Positions 1 through 8,045 of a DNA stretch of 20,000 nucleotides are shown piece after piece (the first letter of the stretch is position 1; each line of letters starts with the position of its first letter). Position numbers and translations under genes: made by a program. A model generated the notes under the pieces. It ran no database searches. It was not told the DNA's origin and saw nothing but the letters and a program-made list of their open reading frames with translations. Origin of the DNA: an uncultured virus (IMG/VR IMGVR_UViG_3300008108_000202) (Duplodnaviria; Heunggongvirae; Uroviricota; Caudoviricetes); the IMG/VR virus record IMGVR_UViG_3300008108_000202; one strand, 5' to 3'.

Positions 1-436
1 ATCCTTGGATCAATGGTAATTTCTTTGAGAACCCGTCCATCAATCGTTTTACATCGTCAAGTTCAAACCCGCTATGTCTTACGTTGAATTTGTCCGCAAC
101 TGATGTGGGAACCGTCAATCCGTTTGAGCAACATACTCTGTGTAATCCTGCGGAAACTGATAATGTTGACATTCCATTGTGAGAATTTTTAATGATTGCC
201 TCAACCAATGTATCCCCTACAGGTGGAAGTTCTCCATTGCGAAATCTTACTTGGTGTGTTGCGTGAATTCCTTTTCCTGTTTGTTTAACATCTGAAATTT
301 GCCAACCTTCACGATCAAAATATTCAATAAGTTGGTCTGTAGGTACGAATACGTATTTATTAGACAACTTATTAGACGCTGATGTTGCAAAAATTGAGGG
401 TGCCACTGATTTGATAAGTTCTGGTGTGTAGATCAT
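1..436 (-). CDS. DUF932 (DUF945/YafZ-like) family protein, partial (runs off the left edge)
   Basis: Not in the ORF track. Manual translation from ATG at 436: MIYTPELIKSVAPSIFATSASNKLSNKYVFVPT...EAIIKNSHNGMSTLSVSAGLHRVCCSNGL. The 'APS.F....S.KY..PT', 'NSH.G' and 'GL.R..C.NG' motifs are typical of this phage/plasmid family. Confidence 0.85.
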   Translation of the reverse strand, partial: MIYTPELIKSVAPSIFATSASNKLSNKYVFVPTDQLIEYFDREGWQISDVKQTGKGIHATHQVRFRNGELPPVGDTLVEAIIKNSHNGMSTLSVSAGLHRVCCSNGLTVPTSVADKFNVRHSGFELDDVKRLMDGFSKKLPLIQG

Positions 437-462
437 AATATTTTGTTTTTTTAAGTATAAAA

Positions 463-492
463 CAAAGATAGTAAATAATTTATAATAACCAA
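463..492 (-). promoter_or_regulatory. Bacteroidota-type sigma70 promoter (-33 TTG, 19-nt spacer, -7 TATCTTTG) for the DUF932 gene
   Basis: Plus-strand caaagata at 463-470 and caa at 490-492 read TTG-N19-TATCTTTG on the minus strand, 26 nt upstream of the ATG. Confidence 0.75.
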
Positions 493-554
493 CTAACATC
501 AAAAAAAATTTTAAAATTATGGGGTGTTTATACCAAACCCATATATTTATATAT

Positions 555-1334
555 ATGAGATGTTATGTTTATTTACACAGAAGATTAGACAATAATGAAG
601 TTTTTTATGTTGGTAGAGGAACCGTTAATATAAAAGCTAGTGGTAAATGTGATACCAACACATATAGTCGTGCTTATGCTATTCATAAACATAATAAATA
701 TTGGATTAGAATAACAAATAAAGTTTCTTGGTCGGTTGAGATTATTGAGGATTTTTTAACTTGGGATGAATCCATGTTATCAGAAATTAAATACATAAAA
801 AAGTATGGTAGGAAAGATTTAAATGAGGGGACTTTAGTTAATTTTACAGATGGTGGTGAGGGATCTAAAGGTGTTATTGTTTCAGAATTAGTTAAATCAA
901 TACAAAAAAATCGGATGAGTTCAGATGACAATCCAATGAAACTACAACATAATAAAATAAAACAAAGTATTAGAATGAAAAAAAATAATCCAATGAAAAA
1001 TAATGAAACCAAAAAAAAAGTTAGTGAATCACAAAAATCCATTTGGTTAAATGGGACTGAAAATCATCCAAGAAAAAATAAACCTAGAGAAGATTTGAGG
1101 TTGAGAAACCTAACTAATAATCCAACTAAAAACCCAGAAGTTATTGAGAAAATAAGACAATCAGCATTAATGAGGGATAATAAAGGCGGTAAAAGTCCTA
1201 ACGCAAAAAAAGTAATGGACGTAAATTCAGGTAAAACATACACATCAATAAAAGAATGTATGGAAGGAATGGGTATTTCTCACACTTCAATTTATCGTTA
1301 TTTAAAAAATGGTAAAGTTATTTATATTAATTAA
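555..1334 (+). CDS. Free-standing GIY-YIG-like homing endonuclease with NUMOD3-like repeats and a C-terminal NUMOD1/IENR1-type HTH
   Basis: N-terminal YVYLH...FYVGRG, E...IKKYGR...LVNFTDGGEG. Lys-rich linker with repeated NPMK/NHP/NP units. C-terminal YTSIKECMEGMGISHTSIYRYL. Start placed at M13 (555), 4 nt after an ATATTTAT motif; the track start is 519. Confidence 0.75.
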   Translation: MRCYVYLHRRLDNNEVFYVGRGTVNIKASGKCDTNTYSRAYAIHKHNKYWIRITNKVSWSVEIIEDFLTWDESMLSEIKYIKKYGRKDLNEGTLVNFTDGGEGSKGVIVSELVKSIQKNRMSSDDNPMKLQHNKIKQSIRMKKNNPMKNNETKKKVSESQKSIWLNGTENHPRKNKPREDLRLRNLTNNPTKNPEVIEKIRQSALMRDNKGGKSPNAKKVMDVNSGKTYTSIKECMEGMGISHTSIYRYLKNGKVIYIN

Positions 1335-1630
1335 TTTAATCCTATTAATCCGAACTTTGTTTTTTGGAAAAACTTATCAATACTATGTGCAACAACATTT
1401 CCTTCTCTCTCTACTTCACCAAACTTAAGTTCTAATACAATATCAACTATTTGGGTTCTAGTTAAACTAATGTCTTCGCCATTTTTCAAATTATCCTCAC
1501 ACTTCTCTTTAACTTTCCTATAAAAGTCATCCTTTTGAACTTCTCCGATTAATTCCATTAGATCGTTTGGATTATTCTCAAAGAAATTAATTAGTTGCGA
1601 TAGATAAATTTCAACGTCAACATTTCCCAT
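1331..1630 (-). CDS. Hypothetical protein (99 aa)
   Basis: Clean ORF directly after the LRR gene, with an A-rich leader. Confidence 0.75.
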   Translation of the reverse strand: MGNVDVEIYLSQLINFFENNPNDLMELIGEVQKDDFYRKVKEKCEDNLKNGEDISLTRTQIVDIVLELKFGEVEREGNVVAHSIDKFFQKTKFGLIGLN

Positions 1631-1642
1631 AATATTGTTTTT

Positions 1643-3487
1643 TTAAGATTCGTGATCAATGTGATAGAATCCGTCTCCTTCTTCCATCATTTTTCTTCTA
1701 AGTCTTTCCGGTATTTGAACATTCGGGCTTGATCCTGACAATGAAATCAATTCCAAGAAATCAAGATCAGCCAAAGATTCAGGTAAAGATACCAAATTAG
1801 GATTATTCTGTAAAGTTAAGAACATTAAAGAATCTATTTGTCCAATTTCTTCAGGTAATGTTTTAACACAATTTTCAAGAACCAACGCAATTAAGTTTTT
1901 GAACTTGGAAATTGATGGTGGTATATCCAAATTTAAAGTATCTGTTGATTTATTAACCAAAGTAAAATATGATATTGTATCAGGTAAATTTTTAAATAAC
2001 TCATCAAAACCAAACAATGCGATGTATTTTGAGCTGTCATCGTTAGGATACTTAATATCAACTATTGAATCTCCTCCACTTGTTACTTGACCCGCATATT
2101 TAACTTTTAATTCCTCTTTCAAGTTTTTCAATGTTGGCATATTGATCAACGTAACATCCGCACTTGTAAGTTGTGATAAAGATTTTGTTCTCAAAGAATC
2201 AATCTTTCTTGCCAAATAATATTTAACAACTTCAGGTTCGGAGTTCTTAATCATATCACCAGTTAAATCCATACCCAATGAAATGTATTTCTTTTTAAGT
2301 TCAACAGGTAAATTAATATAAACATTAGGTCTGTTTGTTAGATTTGGACTTGATATTTCAAGCCAAAATTCAGCATCCTCAACAGATCCAAGTTCCTTAA
2401 CCGCATCATCTTGGATGGAGATATTTTTGTACTTTCTCAATAACGCTTTTTCTCTATCAGTTAGAGGATCTGGAGTAAACAAATATTCTTTATCTGCCAA
2501 TTTAGGAACTTTTTCTGAAATTGTTCTCCAATTCTCAACTCTATGTCCTGAGAATCCTCCCGCCATATTTTTACCGTCAGCAATTCTTTTTCCACCGTAA
2601 GTATCAACAAGAATAACAACAGCAAAGTTTAGATCATCATATGGTTTATCTCTATCAATAACATAATAAAGTGTTAGGTTGTTCTCCAAACGATAGTTAT
2701 AGTAAAGGTTACCTCCACCTATTCTTGATGTACACCAAGGTCTACCATGTGCCAATCTAATACATTGTTCTTTCCCGTTTGGTTTAAAGATATATAAATT
2801 ATCCTTATCATAGATAGTTTCAATATCACCAAAATCATCTGTTTTCTTTGTTTGAGTATCATCACCATCAGGTAAATGGTCAAGCGCAGCCTCAAGATCA
2901 TCAAATGACATTAATAAAATTGGTGGAGTTCCTGGTTCTAATCTATCATACAGATCAATATATCTTTCCACATATGATAATATCTGCTCATTAGTTAAGT
3001 CACTTCTTTCCTTTCTAAACTTATCATAAGCATATTTTGTAATTAGAGTTGGGAATTTGTTTTGAATTAATTCACTTAATCTTAAATATGAATATCTCAT
3101 TAAATCTCTCTCACCTTTAGGAAGTAGATCTCTAATCTCCAAAAACTTTTTGATCAATCTCTTTACAACTCTTTGATCAGATCCTTTTACTTTTGGCATA
3201 TACTTTTTGAACAACTCCCCTTCTTCTTTCTTGATTCTTTTAGACCTAATAGTAGAAACCAATTGTTCATAACTATATTTTGTAATATCTCTTTTTTCTG
3301 CTGGTAATCCGGCTTTGATCTTTTCAAAGTCGTTAATATATGTTTTAATTTGATCTTCAGCATCTTCAGTTTCCTTACTGAACTTTACAATTAGTTGATT
3401 CATCAATTTATTTGATATCTCGGTCAACTTCAACTTTGGGGTAACTTTTTCTTGTACTACGGATGATAAAATTTTTACTAATTCCAT
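1643..3487 (-). CDS. Multidomain protein: three N-terminal ~61-aa repeats, central 'WCT' domain, C-terminal leucine-rich repeats
   Basis: LRR units IPPSISKFKNLIALVL, LPEEIGQIDSLMFLTLQNNPNL and LPESLADLDFLELISL. Central GRPWCTSR...YYNY...LYYVID. Confidence 0.8.
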   Translation of the reverse strand: MELVKILSSVVQEKVTPKLKLTEISNKLMNQLIVKFSKETEDAEDQIKTYINDFEKIKAGLPAEKRDITKYSYEQLVSTIRSKRIKKEEGELFKKYMPKVKGSDQRVVKRLIKKFLEIRDLLPKGERDLMRYSYLRLSELIQNKFPTLITKYAYDKFRKERSDLTNEQILSYVERYIDLYDRLEPGTPPILLMSFDDLEAALDHLPDGDDTQTKKTDDFGDIETIYDKDNLYIFKPNGKEQCIRLAHGRPWCTSRIGGGNLYYNYRLENNLTLYYVIDRDKPYDDLNFAVVILVDTYGGKRIADGKNMAGGFSGHRVENWRTISEKVPKLADKEYLFTPDPLTDREKALLRKYKNISIQDDAVKELGSVEDAEFWLEISSPNLTNRPNVYINLPVELKKKYISLGMDLTGDMIKNSEPEVVKYYLARKIDSLRTKSLSQLTSADVTLINMPTLKNLKEELKVKYAGQVTSGGDSIVDIKYPNDDSSKYIALFGFDELFKNLPDTISYFTLVNKSTDTLNLDIPPSISKFKNLIALVLENCVKTLPEEIGQIDSLMFLTLQNNPNLVSLPESLADLDFLELISLSGSSPNVQIPERLRRKMMEEGDGFYHIDHES

Positions 3488-3537
3488 TTGATTGTTTTTT
3501 ACTATAAATATAACAAAAATTAAAAATGTTTAACTAA

Positions 3538-4389
3538 TCAATAATTCATTATGAGTAACTCTTCTCCCATGTTTTGTTTCTCACCTTTTTTTGCCGATGC
3601 CGCCTTGGCAAATTGTTTCTTTTCCCATCTGTATTGATCTTCAGGGAACCATTCGTGAAGTAGTTCAAAGTCATAATATGAAAGACTAAACTTACCTTTT
3701 ATATTGTGTAATGTTTTGGCTAATCTCTCATGATCATTTCTATCAAAGTCGTGATTTGAGTAATAATTCCCTTCTCCAACCACATAATAAGGCGGGTCAA
3801 CATAAAAATATGTCGTTGAGGTATCATATTTTTCAATTACGTTTTGGAAGTCCATATTTTCAACAAAATCTATTCTTTCAAACATTTTTTGCCAATTTTC
3901 ATTTTTTAACTTATTTTTAAATGATGTGAATTTAGAGTGATATTTACCCTTTAAATCAATGAATTTAGATTTAGCAGGGTTAGATCCTGAAAATACTTGT
4001 GTTAATACATAAACATATTTGGCTGCGGTTTCATAATCATAAGCTTTAACCCTGAAATTTTCATCAAATATTTCAGCCTGAAACCTGGCGAACAATTCTC
4101 CACAAATTGGATTAGTCGGGTAAACTCCTTTTTCTTGAATTAACAACTTCTCACATTCCTGAAGGAGTTGTTTATGATCCTTTAAGCATTGATACATATT
4201 ATAATTCAATTTATTAAAATCGTTATAAACGACAGTTTTTAAATTTGGGTAGTCTTCCAAGTTCATTTTAAAAAATGTCCAAAATTGACCACTAAATGGT
4301 TCAACATACGTTTCAATATCTTTTGGGATATTAGGGATTATTAATTGTGGGGCGATTTTTGACTTACCACCTATATAACTTACACACAT
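3538..4389 (-). CDS. D12-class (Dam-like) N6-adenine DNA methyltransferase
   Basis: SYIGGKS, YVEPFSG (motif I), YND, catalytic YVDPPY, SYY and ELLI motifs. Target sequence unknown; no partner endonuclease nearby. Confidence 0.92.
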   Translation of the reverse strand: MCVSYIGGKSKIAPQLIIPNIPKDIETYVEPFSGQFWTFFKMNLEDYPNLKTVVYNDFNKLNYNMYQCLKDHKQLLQECEKLLIQEKGVYPTNPICGELFARFQAEIFDENFRVKAYDYETAAKYVYVLTQVFSGSNPAKSKFIDLKGKYHSKFTSFKNKLKNENWQKMFERIDFVENMDFQNVIEKYDTSTTYFYVDPPYYVVGEGNYYSNHDFDRNDHERLAKTLHNIKGKFSLSYYDFELLHEWFPEDQYRWEKKQFAKAASAKKGEKQNMGEELLIMNY

Positions 4390-4473
4390 AATTTATTTTT
4401 TCTTATAATTATAATTTATTTATAGTGGTAAATCAATTCACTTTTATATTTATCTTAAATATTATTACTTACT

Positions 4474-4632
4474 ATGGAAAAGAAAAAAGCAACTCAAGTA
4501 ACAGGTTGTAGAGTATGTAAAAAAGGTTTAAGTAAAAATCAGTGGGGTATGGTTATAATCGGTTCATACATATTTGGGACATCGGTATATGGAACTATTG
4601 AAATAATAAAATTAGTGTACTCCCTATTTTAA
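4474..4632 (+). CDS. Small membrane protein with CxxC (52 aa)
   Basis: Not in the track. [52 protein letters not shown]. Fills the gap between the methyltransferase and dnaJ and is preceded by ATATTTAT at 4446-4453. Confidence 0.7.
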   Translation: MEKKKATQVTGCRVCKKGLSKNQWGMVIIGSYIFGTSVYGTIEIIKLVYSLF

Positions 4633-5561
4633 TCCCTTTCAAATCTTACATGCTGATTAATTAGGAGATCCCCAATGACTTCATTTTTAAACCCTTTGGA
4701 TTTAATTCTCAATGGTTTTGTTGTATCAAATACTTGTGGTAATTTAATAGATAAATCACCATCAGGATGTGGTATTACAAGAGTATCTTTTTTAAGATCT
4801 TCATAATTAAAATAAGCATTGTAAACCAAATGTTGTCCTAATTTTTCAAAATTATTATATGGAATCAACCTTACTCTAATAACCAAATTACCATAAATCC
4901 CATTCCTAAAATCACCAACACCTTGTAGTCTTACAAATTGACCATCATCAATACCTTGAGGTAATTGTATTTCAACAGATTTCATTTCGTCTTTTGTTCC
5001 ACTTCCATGACAATTATAACAAGGTTTAATAATCATTTGACCAGTACCATTACAAACATTACAAGCAACCTGAACTATTTGAACAAACATTCCTGAACCC
5101 ATTTGTCTAATAGTATGACCTTGACCTCCACACCCATTACAAACAACCTTATCTCCTCCACCACCATTACAAGGATCACATTTTATTTTTCTTTTGTATG
5201 TAATCTTTTTGTTTGAACCCAAATAAGATTCTATAACATTTACTTGAGTATCAATAACTAAATCATGAACTCTATTTCTTTCTCTTGTACCACCAAATGC
5301 TTGATCATACATTTTTTGAAATAAGTCATTATATCCTCCTCCGCCTTGACCAAATGGATTCTTTCTTTGGAAGTCATATTCTTTTCTCTTGTTTTCATCT
5401 CCTAATGAGTCATAAGCAACTGAAATCTTTTTAAATGTTTCTTCATCCCCACCTTTATCAGGATGGTTTTCTTTAGCTAATTTTCTATATGCTTTTTTTA
5501 TGTCTTCTTGTGTTGCGTTTTCATCAACACCAAGTATTTCATAATAATTTTCAGTATTCAT
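4629..5561 (-). CDS. dnaJ: DnaJ/Hsp40 co-chaperone (J domain, zinc finger, C-terminal domain)
   Basis: NYYEILGV...[17 protein letters not shown], four CxxCxGxG repeats ([32 protein letters not shown]), and a GNL...LRIKSKG C-terminal domain. Confidence 0.95.
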   Translation of the reverse strand: MNTENYYEILGVDENATQEDIKKAYRKLAKENHPDKGGDEETFKKISVAYDSLGDENKRKEYDFQRKNPFGQGGGGYNDLFQKMYDQAFGGTRERNRVHDLVIDTQVNVIESYLGSNKKITYKRKIKCDPCNGGGGDKVVCNGCGGQGHTIRQMGSGMFVQIVQVACNVCNGTGQMIIKPCYNCHGSGTKDEMKSVEIQLPQGIDDGQFVRLQGVGDFRNGIYGNLVIRVRLIPYNNFEKLGQHLVYNAYFNYEDLKKDTLVIPHPDGDLSIKLPQVFDTTKPLRIKSKGFKNEVIGDLLINQHVRFERD

Positions 5562-5606
5562 TTATTTGTTGATTAAATTATATTTATAATTCACGATATT
5601 CAACTG

Positions 5607-5637
5607 CAAATATAGTAAAAAATGGACAACTATACAA
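5607..5637 (-). promoter_or_regulatory. Candidate Bacteroidota-type promoter for dnaJ (TTG-N20-TATATTTG)
   Basis: caaatata at 5607-5614 and caa at 5635-5637. Confidence 0.45.
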
Positions 5638-6260
5638 TTGTACTTTTTAAAAATAAAGTAAAAAAAAGAATTATAAAGAAGTTCAAAACTTTTAATAATG
5701 CTAAAAAATTTTTTGATAAAATTAAAGAGGATAATAAATCCGTTATTTTTGATGTTAAAACTGAAAATGGTAAATCATCTAATTATGAAATCACATTAGT
5801 AGGTAAAAAAACAAATGAAGGTAACCTATACGTGAGAGATGAATTTGGTAGACAGATTAAAATTGAGATTGAAGATCCTGATTTTAGTATATTAGAAATA
5901 TCTCCATTTAAAAAAGAAGAATATATTTTTGATATTAAAAATTCAAAGAGGATACCAGTATCAATATTTTTAAGAAAATACCTACCTAAAGTTGGTGTTA
6001 AATTAGTTTCTAAAATAAATCATAAAATATCTGTTCAACAGGATAGTAATATTGATCTTTTCTCATTAAAAAGTGAGGAAGATTGTGATAGATTTATTGA
6101 TCTAATGTCTCAATATTTTATGGAACAAGGTAGGATAGATACAATTTGGGTTAAAGATACGTCAATTGAACAAAAAAAATATTTATACAATATTTTAGAA
6201 TCTCAAGGTTATTCTAAATCAATTCTTTACCGAAGATTTACCACTTTTTCTAAAGAATAA
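5622..6260 (+). CDS. Hypothetical protein (212 aa)
   Basis: Long ORF divergent from dnaJ, with ATATTTAT at 5580-5587 upstream. Confidence 0.75.
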   Translation: MDNYTIVLFKNKVKKRIIKKFKTFNNAKKFFDKIKEDNKSVIFDVKTENGKSSNYEITLVGKKTNEGNLYVRDEFGRQIKIEIEDPDFSILEISPFKKEEYIFDIKNSKRIPVSIFLRKYLPKVGVKLVSKINHKISVQQDSNIDLFSLKSEEDCDRFIDLMSQYFMEQGRIDTIWVKDTSIEQKKYLYNILESQGYSKSILYRRFTTFSKE

Positions 6261-6542
6261 TCTATCCCAAATACTCTTTTTAATTGGTTCTATTTTTTTT
6301 GGTTCTTCTTTAACCAATGTGTTCTCTAAAACAAAAATTATTTCAGTACCAGATAGATCAATCTTAAATTGTTCATACATACTATCCACGTCCCTGAAGT
6401 TTTTTTGTATTTTTTTATATTCTTTATAATCCAACTCAATAATTATGGCAGTTTTTCCATTTGGGAATAAGTTTTGTAACCCATCTGTAATTAGAGCTAA
6501 TTTTTCAATCACCCCACTATTATTTTCTTTATTTTCTCCCAT
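6219..6542 (-). CDS. Hypothetical protein (~107 aa)
   Basis: Part of an overlapping minus-strand gene run; start uncertain. Confidence 0.65.
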   Translation of the reverse strand: MGENKENNSGVIEKLALITDGLQNLFPNGKTAIIIELDYKEYKKIQKNFRDVDSMYEQFKIDLSGTEIIFVLENTLVKEEPKKIEPIKKSIWDRLFFRKSGKSSVKN

Positions 6543-6715
6543 AATGTTAATTTAGGTTTATTTACTACTGGTTGGACAATATCTTCTTTTTTAAATTGTT
6601 TGATCTCATTAAGAAATTTTAGTTTTTCTTTTTCAACATCAATCTTATCCTTTTCAATTTCACTCCTCAACCACTCTTGCATCCCTTCCGTGCGGCTCAC
6701 TGTCTTCTTCATCAT
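6509..6715 (-). CDS. Small hypothetical coiled-coil protein
   Basis: Charged helix ending in LTLWEKIKKII. The true start may be the GTG at 6700 or a later ATG. Confidence 0.6.
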   Translation of the reverse strand: MMKKTVSRTEGMQEWLRSEIEKDKIDVEKEKLKFLNEIKQFKKEDIVQPVVNKPKLTLWEKIKKIIVG

Positions 6716-7100
6716 CTTCCAACTCTATTTTATTTTCACCCATCTCAAACTTCAAAGATTGTAGGTTATTTAAATTTTGTCTTTCAAATATTGATTTTAA
6801 CTCATTTACCTTTGATTGAAATAGTCTGTCTTTCTCTTCTCTCTCTTTATTATAAGCAATCACATTCTTAATACTATCAGTTATTTCATTAACAGATTGC
6901 TCGTTAAATTCGGCAACAAACGAAAAAAATCTATAACCTACGGTATTTTTTTCATTTTCTACCACAGATTTTTCATTAACGTATTTTTTTGGTAATTTCC
7001 AATTTTCAGGAAAATGTATATCAAAAGATAAATAGTTTTTTAGTTTCCTTACAGATTGTAGGTAAGGAAATAATATGTTAAATTCGTTGAACAACCCCAT
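6660..7100 (-). CDS. Hypothetical protein (146 aa)
   Basis: Start overlaps the upstream gene's stop (TAATG at ~7100), indicating translational coupling. Confidence 0.75.
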   Translation of the reverse strand: MGLFNEFNILFPYLQSVRKLKNYLSFDIHFPENWKLPKKYVNEKSVVENEKNTVGYRFFSFVAEFNEQSVNEITDSIKNVIAYNKEREEKDRLFQSKVNELKSIFERQNLNNLQSLKFEMGENKIELEDDEEDSEPHGRDARVVEE

Positions 7101-7291
7101 TAGTTAGTTTGTATTAAATAAGTTATTATGTAAGTAATAAATAAACCCATAAAAATGGTTTCCCTACTACTAAAAACCAATTTTTCAGGGTTCTCTTGTA
7201 GTAGGGAAATAATAAACCTGAATACAGATCTAAAAATAGCAACCAATGAAAAGACAAAAATGAATAAATATATTGTGTCTATACTAGTCAT
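7100..7291 (-). CDS. Small two-TM membrane protein (63 aa)
   Basis: MTSIDTIYLFIFVFSLVAIF...TIFMGLFITYIITYLI has two hydrophobic segments. Start moved to ATG 7291, immediately after the Hc1-like stop. Confidence 0.7.
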   Translation of the reverse strand: MTSIDTIYLFIFVFSLVAIFRSVFRFIISLLQENPEKLVFSSRETIFMGLFITYIITYLIQTN

Positions 7292-7292
7292 A

Positions 7293-7466
7293 TTAATCCT
7301 TTTTTCTTGCTTCCAAAACTTCACCTCTTAATTGTTGCAAAAGTGATTTCAATTCTTGAGATGTTTTTCTAACACGAGTTCCAGCGCTTTTGTTACCATT
7401 TTCAAATTTAGTAAAATCAACACTAAGTTCTTCTGTAAGAGTTTTAATTCTTTCTATTGTTTCCAT
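7293..7466 (-). CDS. Histone H1-like protein Hc1 family small protein (57 aa)
   Basis: Not in the track. METIERIKTLTEELSVDFTKFENGNKSAGTRVRKTSQELKSLLQQLRGEVLEARKKD*. GNKSAGTRVRK...ELK...LR..V matches the Hc1 N-terminal family motif. Confidence 0.85.
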   Translation of the reverse strand: METIERIKTLTEELSVDFTKFENGNKSAGTRVRKTSQELKSLLQQLRGEVLEARKKD

Positions 7467-7500
7467 GTTCAATATAAAAAAAAGTTTATTTATGTTATTT

Positions 7501-7508
7501 CAAATCTA
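7501..7508 (-). promoter_or_regulatory. Candidate Bacteroidota -7 element (TAGATTTG) upstream of the Hc1-like gene
   Basis: caaatcta in the intergenic gap; the -33 element is imperfect. Confidence 0.4.
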
Positions 7509-7532
7509 CACCACAAATAGTTAATGTAAAGA

Positions 7533-7997
7533 TTATAGATTCATATTTTTATCTAATGATTTGTATATTGCGCTTATCATATCAAGATCAGATTTGGTAA
7601 AGGATTTATTTCTATCAAATAGATCTTTGAAGAATGTTCCTATTGAGTTCTTTATTTTTATTTCATTTTGATTATAAAATATATCAGTAAAGAAATTTAA
7701 AAAATACTCGTAATGTTCTCCTTTTTTATTAAAAACAATTTCTTCTTTTTTAAAGTTTTTGATTGTTTGATCCCAACACCATTCAAAATGTTTTTTCTTA
7801 TCCTCATCATTTAATAACAATTTAGTCTCACCGTTATTATCATCACCAAGATATGTCTCAATTATTAATTGGTATAATGAAAAACTAAAATCATAATACA
7901 ATTCCATTTTTTCAGGAATAATATTATTAACTCTAAACCAAATATCAACATCTTCTTGGTTCATTGGCTTTGTAATGTAATTAAAAAAATTCTCCAT
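7533..7997 (-). CDS. Hypothetical protein (154 aa, aromatic-rich, helical)
   Basis: Clean ORF whose ATG lies inside a hairpin. Confidence 0.75.
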   Translation of the reverse strand: MENFFNYITKPMNQEDVDIWFRVNNIIPEKMELYYDFSFSLYQLIIETYLGDDNNGETKLLLNDEDKKKHFEWCWDQTIKNFKKEEIVFNKKGEHYEYFLNFFTDIFYNQNEIKIKNSIGTFFKDLFDRNKSFTKSDLDMISAIYKSLDKNMNL

Positions 7998-8020
7998 AGA
8001 AACTAACCTATGGAGAAATT
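7982..8020 (-). terminator. Intrinsic-terminator-like hairpin overlapping the start codon at 7997
   Basis: Perfect 10-bp inverted repeat ttctccatag (7990-7999) / ctatggagaa (8008-8017) with an 8-nt loop, followed by T7 on the minus strand. Confidence 0.65.
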
Positions 8021-8045
8021 ATAATACACAATATTTTTTTGTAAA

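Noticed and set aside
518..543. Possible hairpin tatggg...cccata upstream of the endonuclease
   Set aside because: Only 6 bp of pairing with a poorly paired interior; too weak to call.
437..1334. Group I intron or intein around the endonuclease
   Set aside because: Both neighbours have their own start/stop, and there is no room for a ribozyme core.
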